DNA of 64,000 nt from a virus (lineage: Duplodnaviria > Caudoviricetes). The first letter of the stretch is position 1. Every line of letters begins with the position of its first letter. The translations under genes and the position numbers were made by a program. Below the pieces are notes generated by a model. It searched no databases. It saw only the letters and a program-made list of their open reading frames with translations, and was not told the origin of the DNA. The stretch is from positions 1 to 64,000 of IMG/VR virus record IMGVR_UViG_3300017814_000114. One strand, given 5' to 3'. Positions 40,101 to 49,700 of the stretch are shown in pieces.

Positions 40101-41562
40101 ACAAAAAGAAATGTATCTTAATATGTATACCCAACAGCTGATTGACAAAAAAGGATTCGATACGGCAATGGGAGAATTGGAATATGACACTTTGGAAAAG
40201 AAGCGAAACCTTTATATGAAAGGTTCAAAAGAATATAACGACTACCAGGCACAAATGGATAGCTGGAGCCATAACGACAGATTGCAAAAACTGCAAGAGT
40301 TCGAGCAACGTCTCCAACAGATAAAAGAGTATTCCGAAAAGAAGACGGGTGATGAACTGATGGCCGAAGATATAGCTTTCTGGGATGACTATTATAGCAA
40401 GATAGAAGGCAAAGAAAAAGAGCATCAGGAAATAATCGCCGCTATCCGCGCCCACTACAAACGACAGAAGGGCGAACAAGAAGTCGGGTTCGATGGAAAC
40501 GCCAGGAAAGGAGCACAGCGCGGGCAGGATATATATAACCAGGCCAAAGGCGAAGTAGGAAATCAGGATAATCCGGGAAAAGACAGTATCTGGGATACTC
40601 TCTTTGGCAATGACGCCAAACTTCATTCAAAGGTAAAAGAGAAGATGAAGAACATGGAGGGACAGATGGGCGTGAGTCATCAGGATGTATTAAACGGTAT
40701 GGCCGCCGCCGATGAAGATTACTACAACCAACTTGCCGAGAAAGCCGAAAAAGCTTACCAGGTTGTAGGAGGGTTGATGTCCGCTTACTCTTCCTACGTC
40801 TCGGCAAGCCGTGATGTCGAGGTTGCTAAGACGACTAAAAATTACGACAATCAAATAAAAGCGGCAGGCGAAAACACCACCAAAGGCAAGAAACTTGAAG
40901 AGCAGAAACAAAAAGAAATCGCCAAAATCAAAAACAAGTACAACAAAAAATCCACCAACATACAAATAGCCCAGGCGATAGCGGAAACGGCAGTGTCAGC
41001 ATTAAGAGCTTATGCCGCCGGTTGGAGTATGGGAGCTGCGGGACCGGTTTTAGCTCCGATATTCGCAGGTATTGCAACAGCTTCCGGCATGATACAGGTA
41101 GCAGCCATCAAGAAACAGGCACAGGCCCAGGACGAGGGTTATTACTCGGGCGGTTTCACCCCTTCGGACGCCAACAACAGAAAACCCGTCGGTACCGTAC
41201 ATGCCAATGAGTTTATCGCCAATCATCAAGCCACCGGCAACCCGAATCTTTTACCGGTACTTCGTCTGATCGACCATGCGCAAAAAAATAATACGGTCGG
41301 TTCTCTCACCGCTCAGGATGTGTCTAACACCATCGGCGGAGGAACATCATCGCCCATCAGCACAGGCAACTCGCCCGTCGACGCAATCAACATCAACTTC
41401 GACGCGGTCGCCGTCAGCCTGCAACACAACGCCGAAGTGATCGAAAGACTTCAGCAACAGCTCGAAGGCGGTATCGAATCGTATGTCACCATTGACGGCG
41501 AACATGGGTTCGAACGGCAATACAACCATTACAAGAAACTACAATCCAATAAATCACGCTGA
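37198..41562 (+). CDS. Tail tape measure protein
   Basis: 1454 aa, helical, TP901-type TMP core, NPWG, C-terminal GYYSGGFT...G.VHANEF. Confidence 0.92.
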   Translation: MAITQEAIIRMSLNGQQPEEELKKLTEALKKYETARDKAIGTGDKKTAQEYQKKINGVNKEIQLIQRNWVNVNQVLNNLSLTGTKDLHKTLKAINNELNSGRVQRGSEEWDAYQKKLSMVNAELRKIREEGGQVSKNSFERITDFANRIWGAYVIGTSVYQGVNSWINDKVNDFAKMEEAESQVVKYTNLTKKEVEDVNEDFKKLDTRTAREQLNSLAGDAGKLGIDGKKGIEDFVDAGNQINIALGEDLGADAIKNIGKLAMIFGEDQRLGLKKAMLSTGSAINYIGQSSSAAEPYLADFLGEMGSVGHQAKISQANLLGYASVLDQNKVEASVASTAFQQLTLKMFQEPAKYAKIAGVSLKEFKTLLQVDSNKAMLSFLSGLSRVGDLTKAAPVIKSLGLDGQKAAQVLTALSGNIGLIEQEQRKANQAYNEATSITKEYNVQNNTAQARLEKMQKRAHDLAVELGGKLYPGMEYTFRIGSKLVKLSSGAIDFIKENRVELAALTLALSAYYIKAKYTTVVKSLSNNLHKLAATYKTIDALATAKMARNQGAYNAILKESEILQQMGKKSLVNYQAAMYLVIAAKNILIGKFKEARLALNAFGTAIKTNPWGIAIAAIAAIGYGLYKWYQNQKEANRATAEFYSAVSKERGELTNLYNQLGATNQKSKMRAELIKEFNDKFGKYLTNLLTEKSTIADIKNAYEQATVAMNDYYARQVLDKETGDIMSKHVKDNGELLQGAVGGLTKATDNQKAKASQIIVDAINSAIQKSPNIGKEGLMKSINGQVQKGLGLDYSGFWNLMYGNSAGRDWHGNISELIDNMQKDNQKVINVRNQLRPWIKHDRPVAQQEQVQNNTNLGGTPDTGTSLTEAQQKKIMERKLKLIEASNDKEKIMNTALYAAGKVSKEEYDLFMEDSDEKLIDAKMKLYRKDSKEYNDLLLQKTQMQAKRNERDKAGDIETVDRQTEQQKEMYLNMYTQQLIDKKGFDTAMGELEYDTLEKKRNLYMKGSKEYNDYQAQMDSWSHNDRLQKLQEFEQRLQQIKEYSEKKTGDELMAEDIAFWDDYYSKIEGKEKEHQEIIAAIRAHYKRQKGEQEVGFDGNARKGAQRGQDIYNQAKGEVGNQDNPGKDSIWDTLFGNDAKLHSKVKEKMKNMEGQMGVSHQDVLNGMAAADEDYYNQLAEKAEKAYQVVGGLMSAYSSYVSASRDVEVAKTTKNYDNQIKAAGENTTKGKKLEEQKQKEIAKIKNKYNKKSTNIQIAQAIAETAVSALRAYAAGWSMGAAGPVLAPIFAGIATASGMIQVAAIKKQAQAQDEGYYSGGFTPSDANNRKPVGTVHANEFIANHQATGNPNLLPVLRLIDHAQKNNTVGSLTAQDVSNTIGGGTSSPISTGNSPVDAININFDAVAVSLQHNAEVIERLQQQLEGGIESYVTIDGEHGFERQYNHYKKLQSNKSR

Positions 41563-41564
41563 TT

Positions 41565-43385
41565 ATGACAGAGTTATTCATCAACAATAAAAGAATAGAT
41601 TTAAATGATTCAATCAGTATCAAACTGGTGGACGAGAATAGTTATTTCACCGACTCGAGCAAGTACACGTATGACGTCGATGTACCGTTGAGAGGAAATG
41701 CGAATAACCTGAAAATACTCGGCAATCTGCAAAGGCTCGACGTCAACAAAGCCATTGTCAAAATGCCGGCAAGAATCATAGCGAACAACCAAAAAATAAT
41801 TGACGGTACCGCAACGGTCACATCCGTCTCCGAGGATAAGATAAAAATACAGATTCTATCGGGTAACGCCGAACTCAACTTCTTGTCGAAATACGAAAAG
41901 CAGTACATCGATGAATTGAAATTGGGCTATGCGAAAAGAGCTGATGGGGTAACCTTTTCAAACGATGAAGAAGTATGGAAATACGTACAGACGATGAGCG
42001 AAGATGACCGGTTCAAATTTCTGTACGGCAAATATGGAGATGCGAATTACGTATTCTTTCCAGCTTACAAAAATGATTTCGACGCCTGCTATAACAATTC
42101 GGGGTATCTCGATTGGGGTGAGACGGGCAATTACAGAGTGACGCTACATCGGTGTTATTGGCACGAAACGGCACAAAGATTCGAATGGGTAGACAGCATT
42201 AACGGAAGATTGGCCGCACAGCCTTATTTCTGTTATATCATCCGCCTTATTTTCGAAAAATTGGGCTATACTCTGGCGGAGAACCAGATAGAAAACACCC
42301 CGCTTAAAAACATTTTCATTGCCAATGCCATTAATATTTCAGACTTCGGGCAATGTCTCCCACATTGGACCATCAGCGAGTTCATGACACACGTCGAGCA
42401 CTTTTTCGGGGTGATCTTCCGTATTGATGATGCCGACAAGAGAGTCCGGATTATTGCACGGAATTCTTTCTATACCGCGGAGAATACGGAATACGTAGAT
42501 AAGGTACTGAACGAATATACGGTCTCGAGCGATGCCGACGAAACGAAAGATTTGTCCGACAGCAATCTTTCATATTCCTTCAGCAACAACGATCCTTATC
42601 TCAAAGTGGATGAAGACATCATCAGCAAAGCGCAGAAAAAAGAATTTGCAAACGATGCGGAACTGTCCGCCTTCTGGAACTCGACGACAGACGAGAACAA
42701 ATGTATCTATCTCTATTGTACAGAGGGTAAACAATACATTGATTACATGATAAAAAACGGGAATAAGGAATCGCACAGCCTAAAAGAGATGAATCAATTT
42801 CGAAATCTGGTGAGAAACGAGAGTTCTGATAGTTCGGCCATCGAATTAAAGATTGTTCCTGTTGCCATGATGTTGGCACATCAGATTTGGGACAATTACC
42901 ATAGTGAAAGATTCGAGTGCCCGGTTATGGCACCGTCCGACTTCAGTTATGACACGGCATCTATCAACATGCAAAATTTGATAGCGGGAAACGGTGGTAC
43001 GGAGAAATCACAAGACATTATCGAGGTGGCAATGAATGACGGCATCAAACAGATGGTCACTCCCGAAGGTAGCAAATTTTATTATCCGTATCCTTTCGTC
43101 AGAACTTACGATGAACTCAAAGGAGAAAACAACAGGGGTTTTTCTTTTGAACTGAATCAAATCAAAGGCAGGACAACCATGTACGACACCGTGTTCGGGC
43201 TATTGAATAAAATCAATACGAAATCGGAATATTGCATCAAATTCATATCCGATAAAATGCCCAACGTCATGAAACGATTTATTATCAATAACAAAGCGTT
43301 CATTTGCGAAAAGATAGAATACAAAATCGATGCCAAGGGAATCGGCAAAGAAAAGACGGGGTACTTCTATGAAGCGGATTCATAA
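41565..43385 (+). CDS. Minor tail / baseplate-hub-like protein
   Basis: ENSYF..SSKYTY.V.VP...N..ILG...R; follows TMP. Confidence 0.6.
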   Translation: MTELFINNKRIDLNDSISIKLVDENSYFTDSSKYTYDVDVPLRGNANNLKILGNLQRLDVNKAIVKMPARIIANNQKIIDGTATVTSVSEDKIKIQILSGNAELNFLSKYEKQYIDELKLGYAKRADGVTFSNDEEVWKYVQTMSEDDRFKFLYGKYGDANYVFFPAYKNDFDACYNNSGYLDWGETGNYRVTLHRCYWHETAQRFEWVDSINGRLAAQPYFCYIIRLIFEKLGYTLAENQIENTPLKNIFIANAINISDFGQCLPHWTISEFMTHVEHFFGVIFRIDDADKRVRIIARNSFYTAENTEYVDKVLNEYTVSSDADETKDLSDSNLSYSFSNNDPYLKVDEDIISKAQKKEFANDAELSAFWNSTTDENKCIYLYCTEGKQYIDYMIKNGNKESHSLKEMNQFRNLVRNESSDSSAIELKIVPVAMMLAHQIWDNYHSERFECPVMAPSDFSYDTASINMQNLIAGNGGTEKSQDIIEVAMNDGIKQMVTPEGSKFYYPYPFVRTYDELKGENNRGFSFELNQIKGRTTMYDTVFGLLNKINTKSEYCIKFISDKMPNVMKRFIINNKAFICEKIEYKIDAKGIGKEKTGYFYEADS

Positions 43386-44546
43386 GGCACCATCAAAATG
43401 CTTTGTCTCTTCGTGCACGGTCAGCGCATCCCCTTTTAAGTATTTGTTTGTAGTCGTAATGTCCGCATGACGTGCCTGATCTCTGGCTATGACGATGCCT
43501 TCGGCATTGGCCAAATCTCTGATGCCCGAATCTTTCAAGGAATAGAACTGAAGATTGGCAGGAAAATGAAGAGCCTTTCGTACTTTTATAAAAGCCTCTC
43601 GAAAGATACGCGAATCGGCTTTTTCCTCGCTCGGTCTGAAGTCGCGCCCGAACAGATAACAAGTAGACGGTTTGGTCAGTGCATCAAGTTCTATCAACAG
43701 ACGGCAAATCCCATCATTAAGCCCTACCATACCATCGCGACGGTTCTTCGATATTGTTGAAGAGATAAATACCTTTTGCTCCTTCAGGTTGATATCCCCT
43801 ATCCTGATATTGGATAATTCATCGGGACGAATAAAAGTATAGTATTCCATTTGACAGGCAAGCAAATAATTTTTGCTTTTCTTTTCAAGATAATTCCGGA
43901 GAGCCTGAAGCTGTTCATGAGTGAGGGCACTGCGGAACTTCTGGTTTTCCGGCAGAGTTTTTATGTTTTCACACGGATTTGTCAATAGGAATCTCTTTTC
44001 AAGCAACCACGAACAAAAGGCCGACAACCAGGTGCGATAATTATTCCGTGTTCGGGCCGAAGCATCACGGTCAAGTAAGATGTAATCGAGAAAATCGGAG
44101 ATAAACGCCTGGTCAAACTGATACATATATATCACTGGTTGATAGCAACTGCCATTATATTCGCACAACATTTTGATGCGAGATTTGTAATCGATCGAAG
44201 TCTTATATTTCATCACGGAAGTAGCCAACAATTTATCGATGTATTTCATGTATATATCAATGACTTCGGCAAGTTTATAATACTGCCTGTTCGACAAAAC
44301 CTCAGCCCACGGATTCCAACCTTGGCGCAGACGGTTAGTTGCATTAACGATGATTTCGGTCGCTCTTTTTCTTCTTTCCGATTTACTGGGAATCGAATCG
44401 AGCATATATCTCTTACGACGCATTTTACCTTCCGCCGGGTCCCAGCAGAAAAAATCAACATACCAATTTTTCTTTGTGTGAAGTTTCGGAAGTGTGTAAG
44501 TCACGATCTCGAATAACGAGCTTCTTTTCCTGTTTTTTGAAAACAT
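43380..44546 (-). CDS. int: Tyrosine integrase
   Basis: FIRPDEL, SKN, YSLKDSG (variant HxxR), QARHA..TTNKY; adjacent to att. Confidence 0.93.
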   Translation of the reverse strand: MFSKNRKRSSLFEIVTYTLPKLHTKKNWYVDFFCWDPAEGKMRRKRYMLDSIPSKSERRKRATEIIVNATNRLRQGWNPWAEVLSNRQYYKLAEVIDIYMKYIDKLLATSVMKYKTSIDYKSRIKMLCEYNGSCYQPVIYMYQFDQAFISDFLDYILLDRDASARTRNNYRTWLSAFCSWLLEKRFLLTNPCENIKTLPENQKFRSALTHEQLQALRNYLEKKSKNYLLACQMEYYTFIRPDELSNIRIGDINLKEQKVFISSTISKNRRDGMVGLNDGICRLLIELDALTKPSTCYLFGRDFRPSEEKADSRIFREAFIKVRKALHFPANLQFYSLKDSGIRDLANAEGIVIARDQARHADITTTNKYLKGDALTVHEETKHFDGAL

Positions 44547-44591
44547 TTTTTTTACGTTTTTAAGAGTAAAAACGTATATGTTCAACAATCA

Positions 44592-44794
44592 AATTAAAAT
44601 TTTTCGTCCGAAATTCGTCCGACTTGCTTTAGACGAAGAAGCGTAAACAACTACCTTTTAGTTATTTACGCCCTATTTAGTTGCGGAGACTTGACGTGCA
44701 ACAAAACATCGGGACATGATTCACAGCTAAAAATCAGCCAGATACAATTTCAAAAAACAGTTAATAATAATATTTTCGTCCGAAATCCGTCCGA
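44592..44794. repeat. att junction between prophages 1 and 2 (core 44680-44694) with arm-type repeats on both sides
   Basis: TTTTCGTCCGAAATTCGTCCGA (44601-44622) and TTTTCGTCCGAAATCCGTCCGA (44773-44794). Confidence 0.85.
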
Positions 44795-44834
44795 GACAAA
44801 AGCAAATAAAAAATAGAAATTAAATATTTTTTAA

Positions 44835-45239
44835 TTAATCATTCACACCCTTCCTCTCTCGAAGGGTAATATTCTCCATCGCCATCTTTTTATATTTGTC
44901 AATCGCTTCATAAAGATCTTGACGAAGCTTAGCGTTCTCAATACGTAGTTCTTCGTTATCTTTTGCAAGAGAAACATACAGCTTTTGATAATAATTTTCT
45001 GATTTAAGCACAGAATCTCCTACATCTTCAGATTCAAGACGGAATATTTCCCCTTCTCCCGTTACCAGCCAGGTAGAATTCACTTCCGGGAATCTTGCTA
45101 AAATTTTAGCAAGCACATCACTACCAATACCCTTCTCAGACATCGTAGTACCCCATCCGGGCGACATGCCAATTGCCATTGAAAATCCCCTCATACTTAA
45201 ATTGAGGGCAGCAGCTAACTGCATCATTCTTTCCTTCAT
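44835..45239 (-). CDS. CI-like HTH repressor
   Basis: IGSDVLAKILARFPEVNSTWLVTGEG, C-terminal coiled coil. Confidence 0.8.
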   Translation of the reverse strand: MKERMMQLAAALNLSMRGFSMAIGMSPGWGTTMSEKGIGSDVLAKILARFPEVNSTWLVTGEGEIFRLESEDVGDSVLKSENYYQKLYVSLAKDNEELRIENAKLRQDLYEAIDKYKKMAMENITLRERKGVND

Positions 45240-45241
45240 GG

Positions 45242-45345
45242 TAAAATTTTAATTAAATGATTAAAATATTAATTCTATTACTTGTTTATGACTAAAATAT
45301 TAATTACGTTTGCAAAGTATTTAATAATCCAATGCAACAAAGTTA
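45242..45345. promoter_or_regulatory. Switch region of prophage 2: three operators, face-to-face promoters
   Basis: TAAAATWTTAATT at 45242, 45262, 45293; TACGTTTG on + (45305-45312); TAACTTTG on - (45338-45345). Confidence 0.6.
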
Positions 45346-45361
45346 ATAAAATCAATCAATT

Positions 45362-45604
45362 ATGGCAATACCACATTTTCGTTATTCGTTTGCAGCAGGC
45401 ATGAAAAAATTAAAAGTTGAAGATGCCAAAGCAGTTAAAGAAGCTCTTTATAGCTATCTTGGCTGTTCTGCCGAATCAGAATTCAGCAGAAAAAAAAGAT
45501 CGTATAGAGATATGCCACATCATGTGTATCAACAAATATCAAAAATACTAGGAGAACATGGAGTGATGAGTGATGATATTTGGAAAATAACTCCTTGTGA
45601 ATAA
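45362..45604 (+). CDS. Cro-like protein
   Basis: Position and size. Confidence 0.55.
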   Translation: MAIPHFRYSFAAGMKKLKVEDAKAVKEALYSYLGCSAESEFSRKKRSYRDMPHHVYQQISKILGEHGVMSDDIWKITPCE

Positions 45605-45972
45605 TGAAACTTGATGCTAAACTAACCCCTAGGGAAAAGGATGTAGCAGAATTTATCGGATTCGGTTATTCTATAAAAGAGACAGCTGATGCGCTTAATA
45701 TTTCATTTGAGACAGTAAAAGTCATCATGAAACGCATATATGAAAAAGTTGGAATACAGAAATCTACAGAGCTATCAAAATACTGCTATTGCAAAAGATT
45801 CGGACTACCACTATCACAATGCGAGCCTGCACGTCGTTTCATCGCTGGGTGTTTTTTAGCTCTATTCCTTTTTTCAATCTTTACACAATCAGATTACCAA
45901 ATATTTCGCCGGAGCCGTTCTGGACGTCGCTGTGAAACCGAAGTTAGAATCAGAGAAAAATTAGAGAACTAA
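45604..45972 (+). CDS. LuxR-type HTH protein with C-terminal hydrophobic segment
   Basis: LTPREKDVAEFI..G.SIKETADALNISFETVK. Confidence 0.85.
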   Translation: MKLDAKLTPREKDVAEFIGFGYSIKETADALNISFETVKVIMKRIYEKVGIQKSTELSKYCYCKRFGLPLSQCEPARRFIAGCFLALFLFSIFTQSDYQIFRRSRSGRRCETEVRIREKLEN

Positions 45973-45985
45973 ATACAAAAAAATC

Positions 45986-46333
45986 ATGGATCAAAAATTA
46001 ATAGACGCATTCGAACAGAAAATCACTGTTACAAACAGTGCGATGCAAAGTGTAACCATCTTCCAAATGTCAGAAAAGACCTTCTCACTTTATTGTAATT
46101 TCTGTCCCTCATCCTTTCCATCTTTTATTGAGATGCTCGATCATTACACGAAAAATTCGATCGTTATACCCACTGAAATTGAGGAAATACAAAATTGCCC
46201 AGAGTCTGGTACCGGAGTCGTGAAAATATCTTCTTACAACCCATTCACAGCCATTATTTACGCACTCCGTTCGATTGTTGGCCAACAGCCAAAATCAATC
46301 ATTAATAAGGGGAACAATCATGCCAGCCGGTGA
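45986..46333 (+). CDS. Hypothetical protein
   Basis: ORF in the early operon. Confidence 0.6.
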   Translation: MDQKLIDAFEQKITVTNSAMQSVTIFQMSEKTFSLYCNFCPSSFPSFIEMLDHYTKNSIVIPTEIEEIQNCPESGTGVVKISSYNPFTAIIYALRSIVGQQPKSIINKGNNHASR

Positions 46334-46718
46334 AATGTGGACTGCAGCTCAAGACAAGCTGCTCCGGGAAGAACTAGCAAAAGGGACACATATAAAGACG
46401 TTAGCACCCCGACTAGGTAAATCAGCTAAGGCCATCTATCTGTACTGCTATCGCCATTATATACCTATGAAAACCCAGTGCAAAAATCCAATCATGAGAA
46501 AGATACTTGAAGTCAAGTTTGGTGACATTGAACTATTCCACCCAAATCGAGCCTTTTTCGACCGCACTGGAATATCTCAAAAACGATGGGCAGAGTTAGC
46601 ATTTGGATATAGCCAGCCATCTGAAGAAGAAGTAAAACATGTGGTTAAAGCTATCAACTATGATGTTAACGACGCTCTTAAATTTTTTGATGCATTACAA
46701 TTACCTTTATTTGAATAA
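46320..46718 (+). CDS. Double-HTH-like hypothetical protein
   Basis: WT...D..L...LA..LGKS..AI; GISQKRW.EL..G; start at ATG 46320. Confidence 0.6.
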   Translation: MPAGEMWTAAQDKLLREELAKGTHIKTLAPRLGKSAKAIYLYCYRHYIPMKTQCKNPIMRKILEVKFGDIELFHPNRAFFDRTGISQKRWAELAFGYSQPSEEEVKHVVKAINYDVNDALKFFDALQLPLFE

Positions 46719-46721
46719 CTC

Positions 46722-49700
46722 ATGAGTCAAATACCTCAAGATACTATAGACCGGATCCAAGGAGCCGCCGATATCGTAAAGGTCATCGGGAAAGACGTTG
46801 CACTCAAGAAACAAGGGGTCAACTACGTTGGTTTGTGCCCCTTTCACAATGAGAAAACGCCATCGTTCACGGTTTCACCGGCACGTGGTATCTATAAATG
46901 CTTCAGCTGTGGTGAAGGTGGAAATGTCATTAGCTATCTACAAAAAGCTAATGGAATGTCTTTCCCCGAAGCAGTTCGCGAGCTCGGCAAACAGTACGGC
47001 ATTGATGTTCCTAATGTCGAGTTAACAAACGAACAACGTATATCACAACAGGAAAAAGAATCAGCCCGAATAGCGATTGAAGAGGCGCATAACCTCTTTT
47101 GCTGGAACTTAAAGCGAAGCCCAGAAGGAAACGAATACTTGTCCGATCGAAATATTAAACCTGCGATCGTTGAACAGTTCGGACTGGGTTTCGCTTTTTC
47201 ATCTAATGAATTAAGTAAACGGATGGTGCAAAAAGGATATAATCCGAAGCACCTGATCACATGTGGAGTGTCATACATGGACGACCAGCACACATTGCAT
47301 GATTTCTTTTATAATCGCATTATCTTCCCCTTTTATGACCACCTGGGCAATGTAATAGGTTTCGACGGACGAGATATCCGACCAATACCTGCAGACAAAT
47401 CGAAACCATATATAAAATATAAAAATACTGGAGACACAATCCTATTCAAAAAAGGATCATGCTTATATGGACTATACCAGGCAAGAAAGTCAATTATACA
47501 GAAAGACAAAGTATATATTGTCGAAGGGCAGATGGATGTATTGCAATCATTTCAGTCCGGACTTACTAACGTGGTCGCATCAAGTGGATGTGCATTCGAT
47601 GAGCGCCAACGTCGTCTCATTCACAACATTACTTCAAACGTCGTATTACTGCTTGACGGAGATGATGCAGGCATCAAAAGCGCTATTGATAAGATTCCGA
47701 AGTTTGTCAAAGATGAGTTCGTCGTAAAGTGTGTTCTTCTTCCTGTAGGAAAAGATCCAGATGATATGGCGAAAATCAAAGGCATGGATTTTCCAAAATG
47801 GGTTGAAGAAAAAGAGACTTCTTATATAGACTTCCTTGGACATACGTTGTTCGATCCAGCGGATGACGAATATCGGAAACTTGCAAAGACCAAAACGGTA
47901 CTCGCCATCATCATGACAGAGAAAGAAGCGATTATCCGCGAAAAATTGATGGGGGAACTCTATAGCTTCACTGGTTACTCGCTTGAACAACTCAATCAGC
48001 TTACAGGCTCTATCCAGACTCCAGAAGAGCCCGAACACTTTCAACCGGGTTTCTACGGTACTGAATTTATTAAGGAGTATATTGAAAAAGAAGAAAAGAT
48101 CATACACCTTACACCTGATTTTCACCGCTTTCAAACTAATATAGGCGAAAAGCAACCATGGCTCTTCTATTATGGACTTCCAAGTCAAGGCGAAATTCAA
48201 AACTTAATGCAGTTAGCAGATCGTGTCATTGTTCACAGCCCCGATATGCAATGTGATGGACGAAGTGAAAATTCGGACTGTAAGCTCATGAAAGAGATGT
48301 TTAAATTCGGGCTCACTGTTGATGTAATGGACAACTCCGAAGTTCCTGTCGGTTTTCTCTTCTTTTACATTAGCTGGTACGGCGACCGCATCAGAAAGGA
48401 CTCACCTACTCCAGAAGTAAAGAATGAATATATCACCCGTTGCGCCGAAATGATATCATACGCACGCGAATCTATTCAGACCATCAATATGGAAGCATGG
48501 GCAAAGATTCTCGATTTGAAAACGACCGCACTAAAAGATGTTCTAAAGCCTTTCAATAGCGAGCGTAAATCTCGACGAAAGATAGAACGCGAACGCGGAG
48601 ATATATTCAACGATCTTATGTACGTCGACGAAAGTAATATTCCCGACTACGTACTGCAAAACGAAGAATACAAAAAAATGCTAGACCGATTCAATTTTTA
48701 TCCTTTACTGAACAATGACGGAATACCGGTCTCATATATGTTCAAGACAGATAATACATCTTACCACCGTGTCAGTGATTTTTATATGGAACCTCTTTTT
48801 CATGTATACAGTACTAACGATGAGGAAAACAGACGTATACTACGTCTCAACTCGCTATACGATAAAAAGCCGAAGTATGTAGAATGGCCATCTACAACCT
48901 TCGTCAAACTCACAGAGATACAAAAGAAGCTCGTATGCCTAGATGGTGGATACAACTTTGAGAATGGTACAGCCGTTGATTACAATCGGATATGGACCTA
49001 TATGTCTCACAAATTCCCAGCGTGTACACAGATAAAAGTATATGGACAGCAGGAAGAAGGATGCTTTTTATTTTCAAACGCGATTTTGCACCAAGTAGAC
49101 AATGAATGGCAATTCGAATTTTGTGATGACCTCGGTCTCATGCGCGATGGTGATACCCTATTCTATTCACCTGCCTTCTCAAAGATTAATCTGGGACGTA
49201 AAGACAACGACCAATTTGAACAGGAACGATTTCTCGCATACACCGATACTCCAGCAAAAAAGCGTACCACTTTCGAACACTGGGCGTCACTAATGAACGA
49301 AGTCTACCAAATCAACGATAATGGAAAGTGGGCGATCATTTTTGCGATCATGTGTGCATTTCGGTCAGACATTCATCCGCTTATGAATAGAACTTTCACT
49401 TCACTCTTTTTTGTCGGGCCAACAGAGTCCGGAAAGACTCAGATCGCTGTGTCCATACGTTCACTATTCATCCGCCCCGAAGCCCCGGCATTCAACTTGA
49501 CTTCCGGAACTGACGCGGCATTTTTTTCTATACTTGAGAAATTCCGTGATGTACCTCAGATATACGAGGAATATAATGATGAAATGATATCAGACGCCAA
49601 ATTTCAAGGGCTTAAGGACGTTACCTATGATTCAAACGGTAAACAAAAGCGCAAATCAGCCACCACAAACGATATTGAGACGTCAAAGGTTAATGCTCCG

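Larger units (their letters stand above)
1825..44694. mobile_element. Prophage 1, complete, 42,870 bp, integrase-type temperate tailed phage
   Basis: Bounded by att repeats; full set of immunity, replication, head, tail, lysis and integrase genes. Confidence 0.92.

Noticed and set aside
43524-43550. Integrase YSLK in place of HxxR as a sign of inactivation
   Set aside because: The frame and other catalytic residues are intact, and I recall this variant as common in Bacteroidales integrases (not verified here)
45312-45321. GCAAAGTATT(T) in the phage 2 early promoter as target of RNA copy B
   Set aside because: Only about 10 AT-rich pairs with a wobble, overlapping the -7 box and so probably not fully transcribed; chance level
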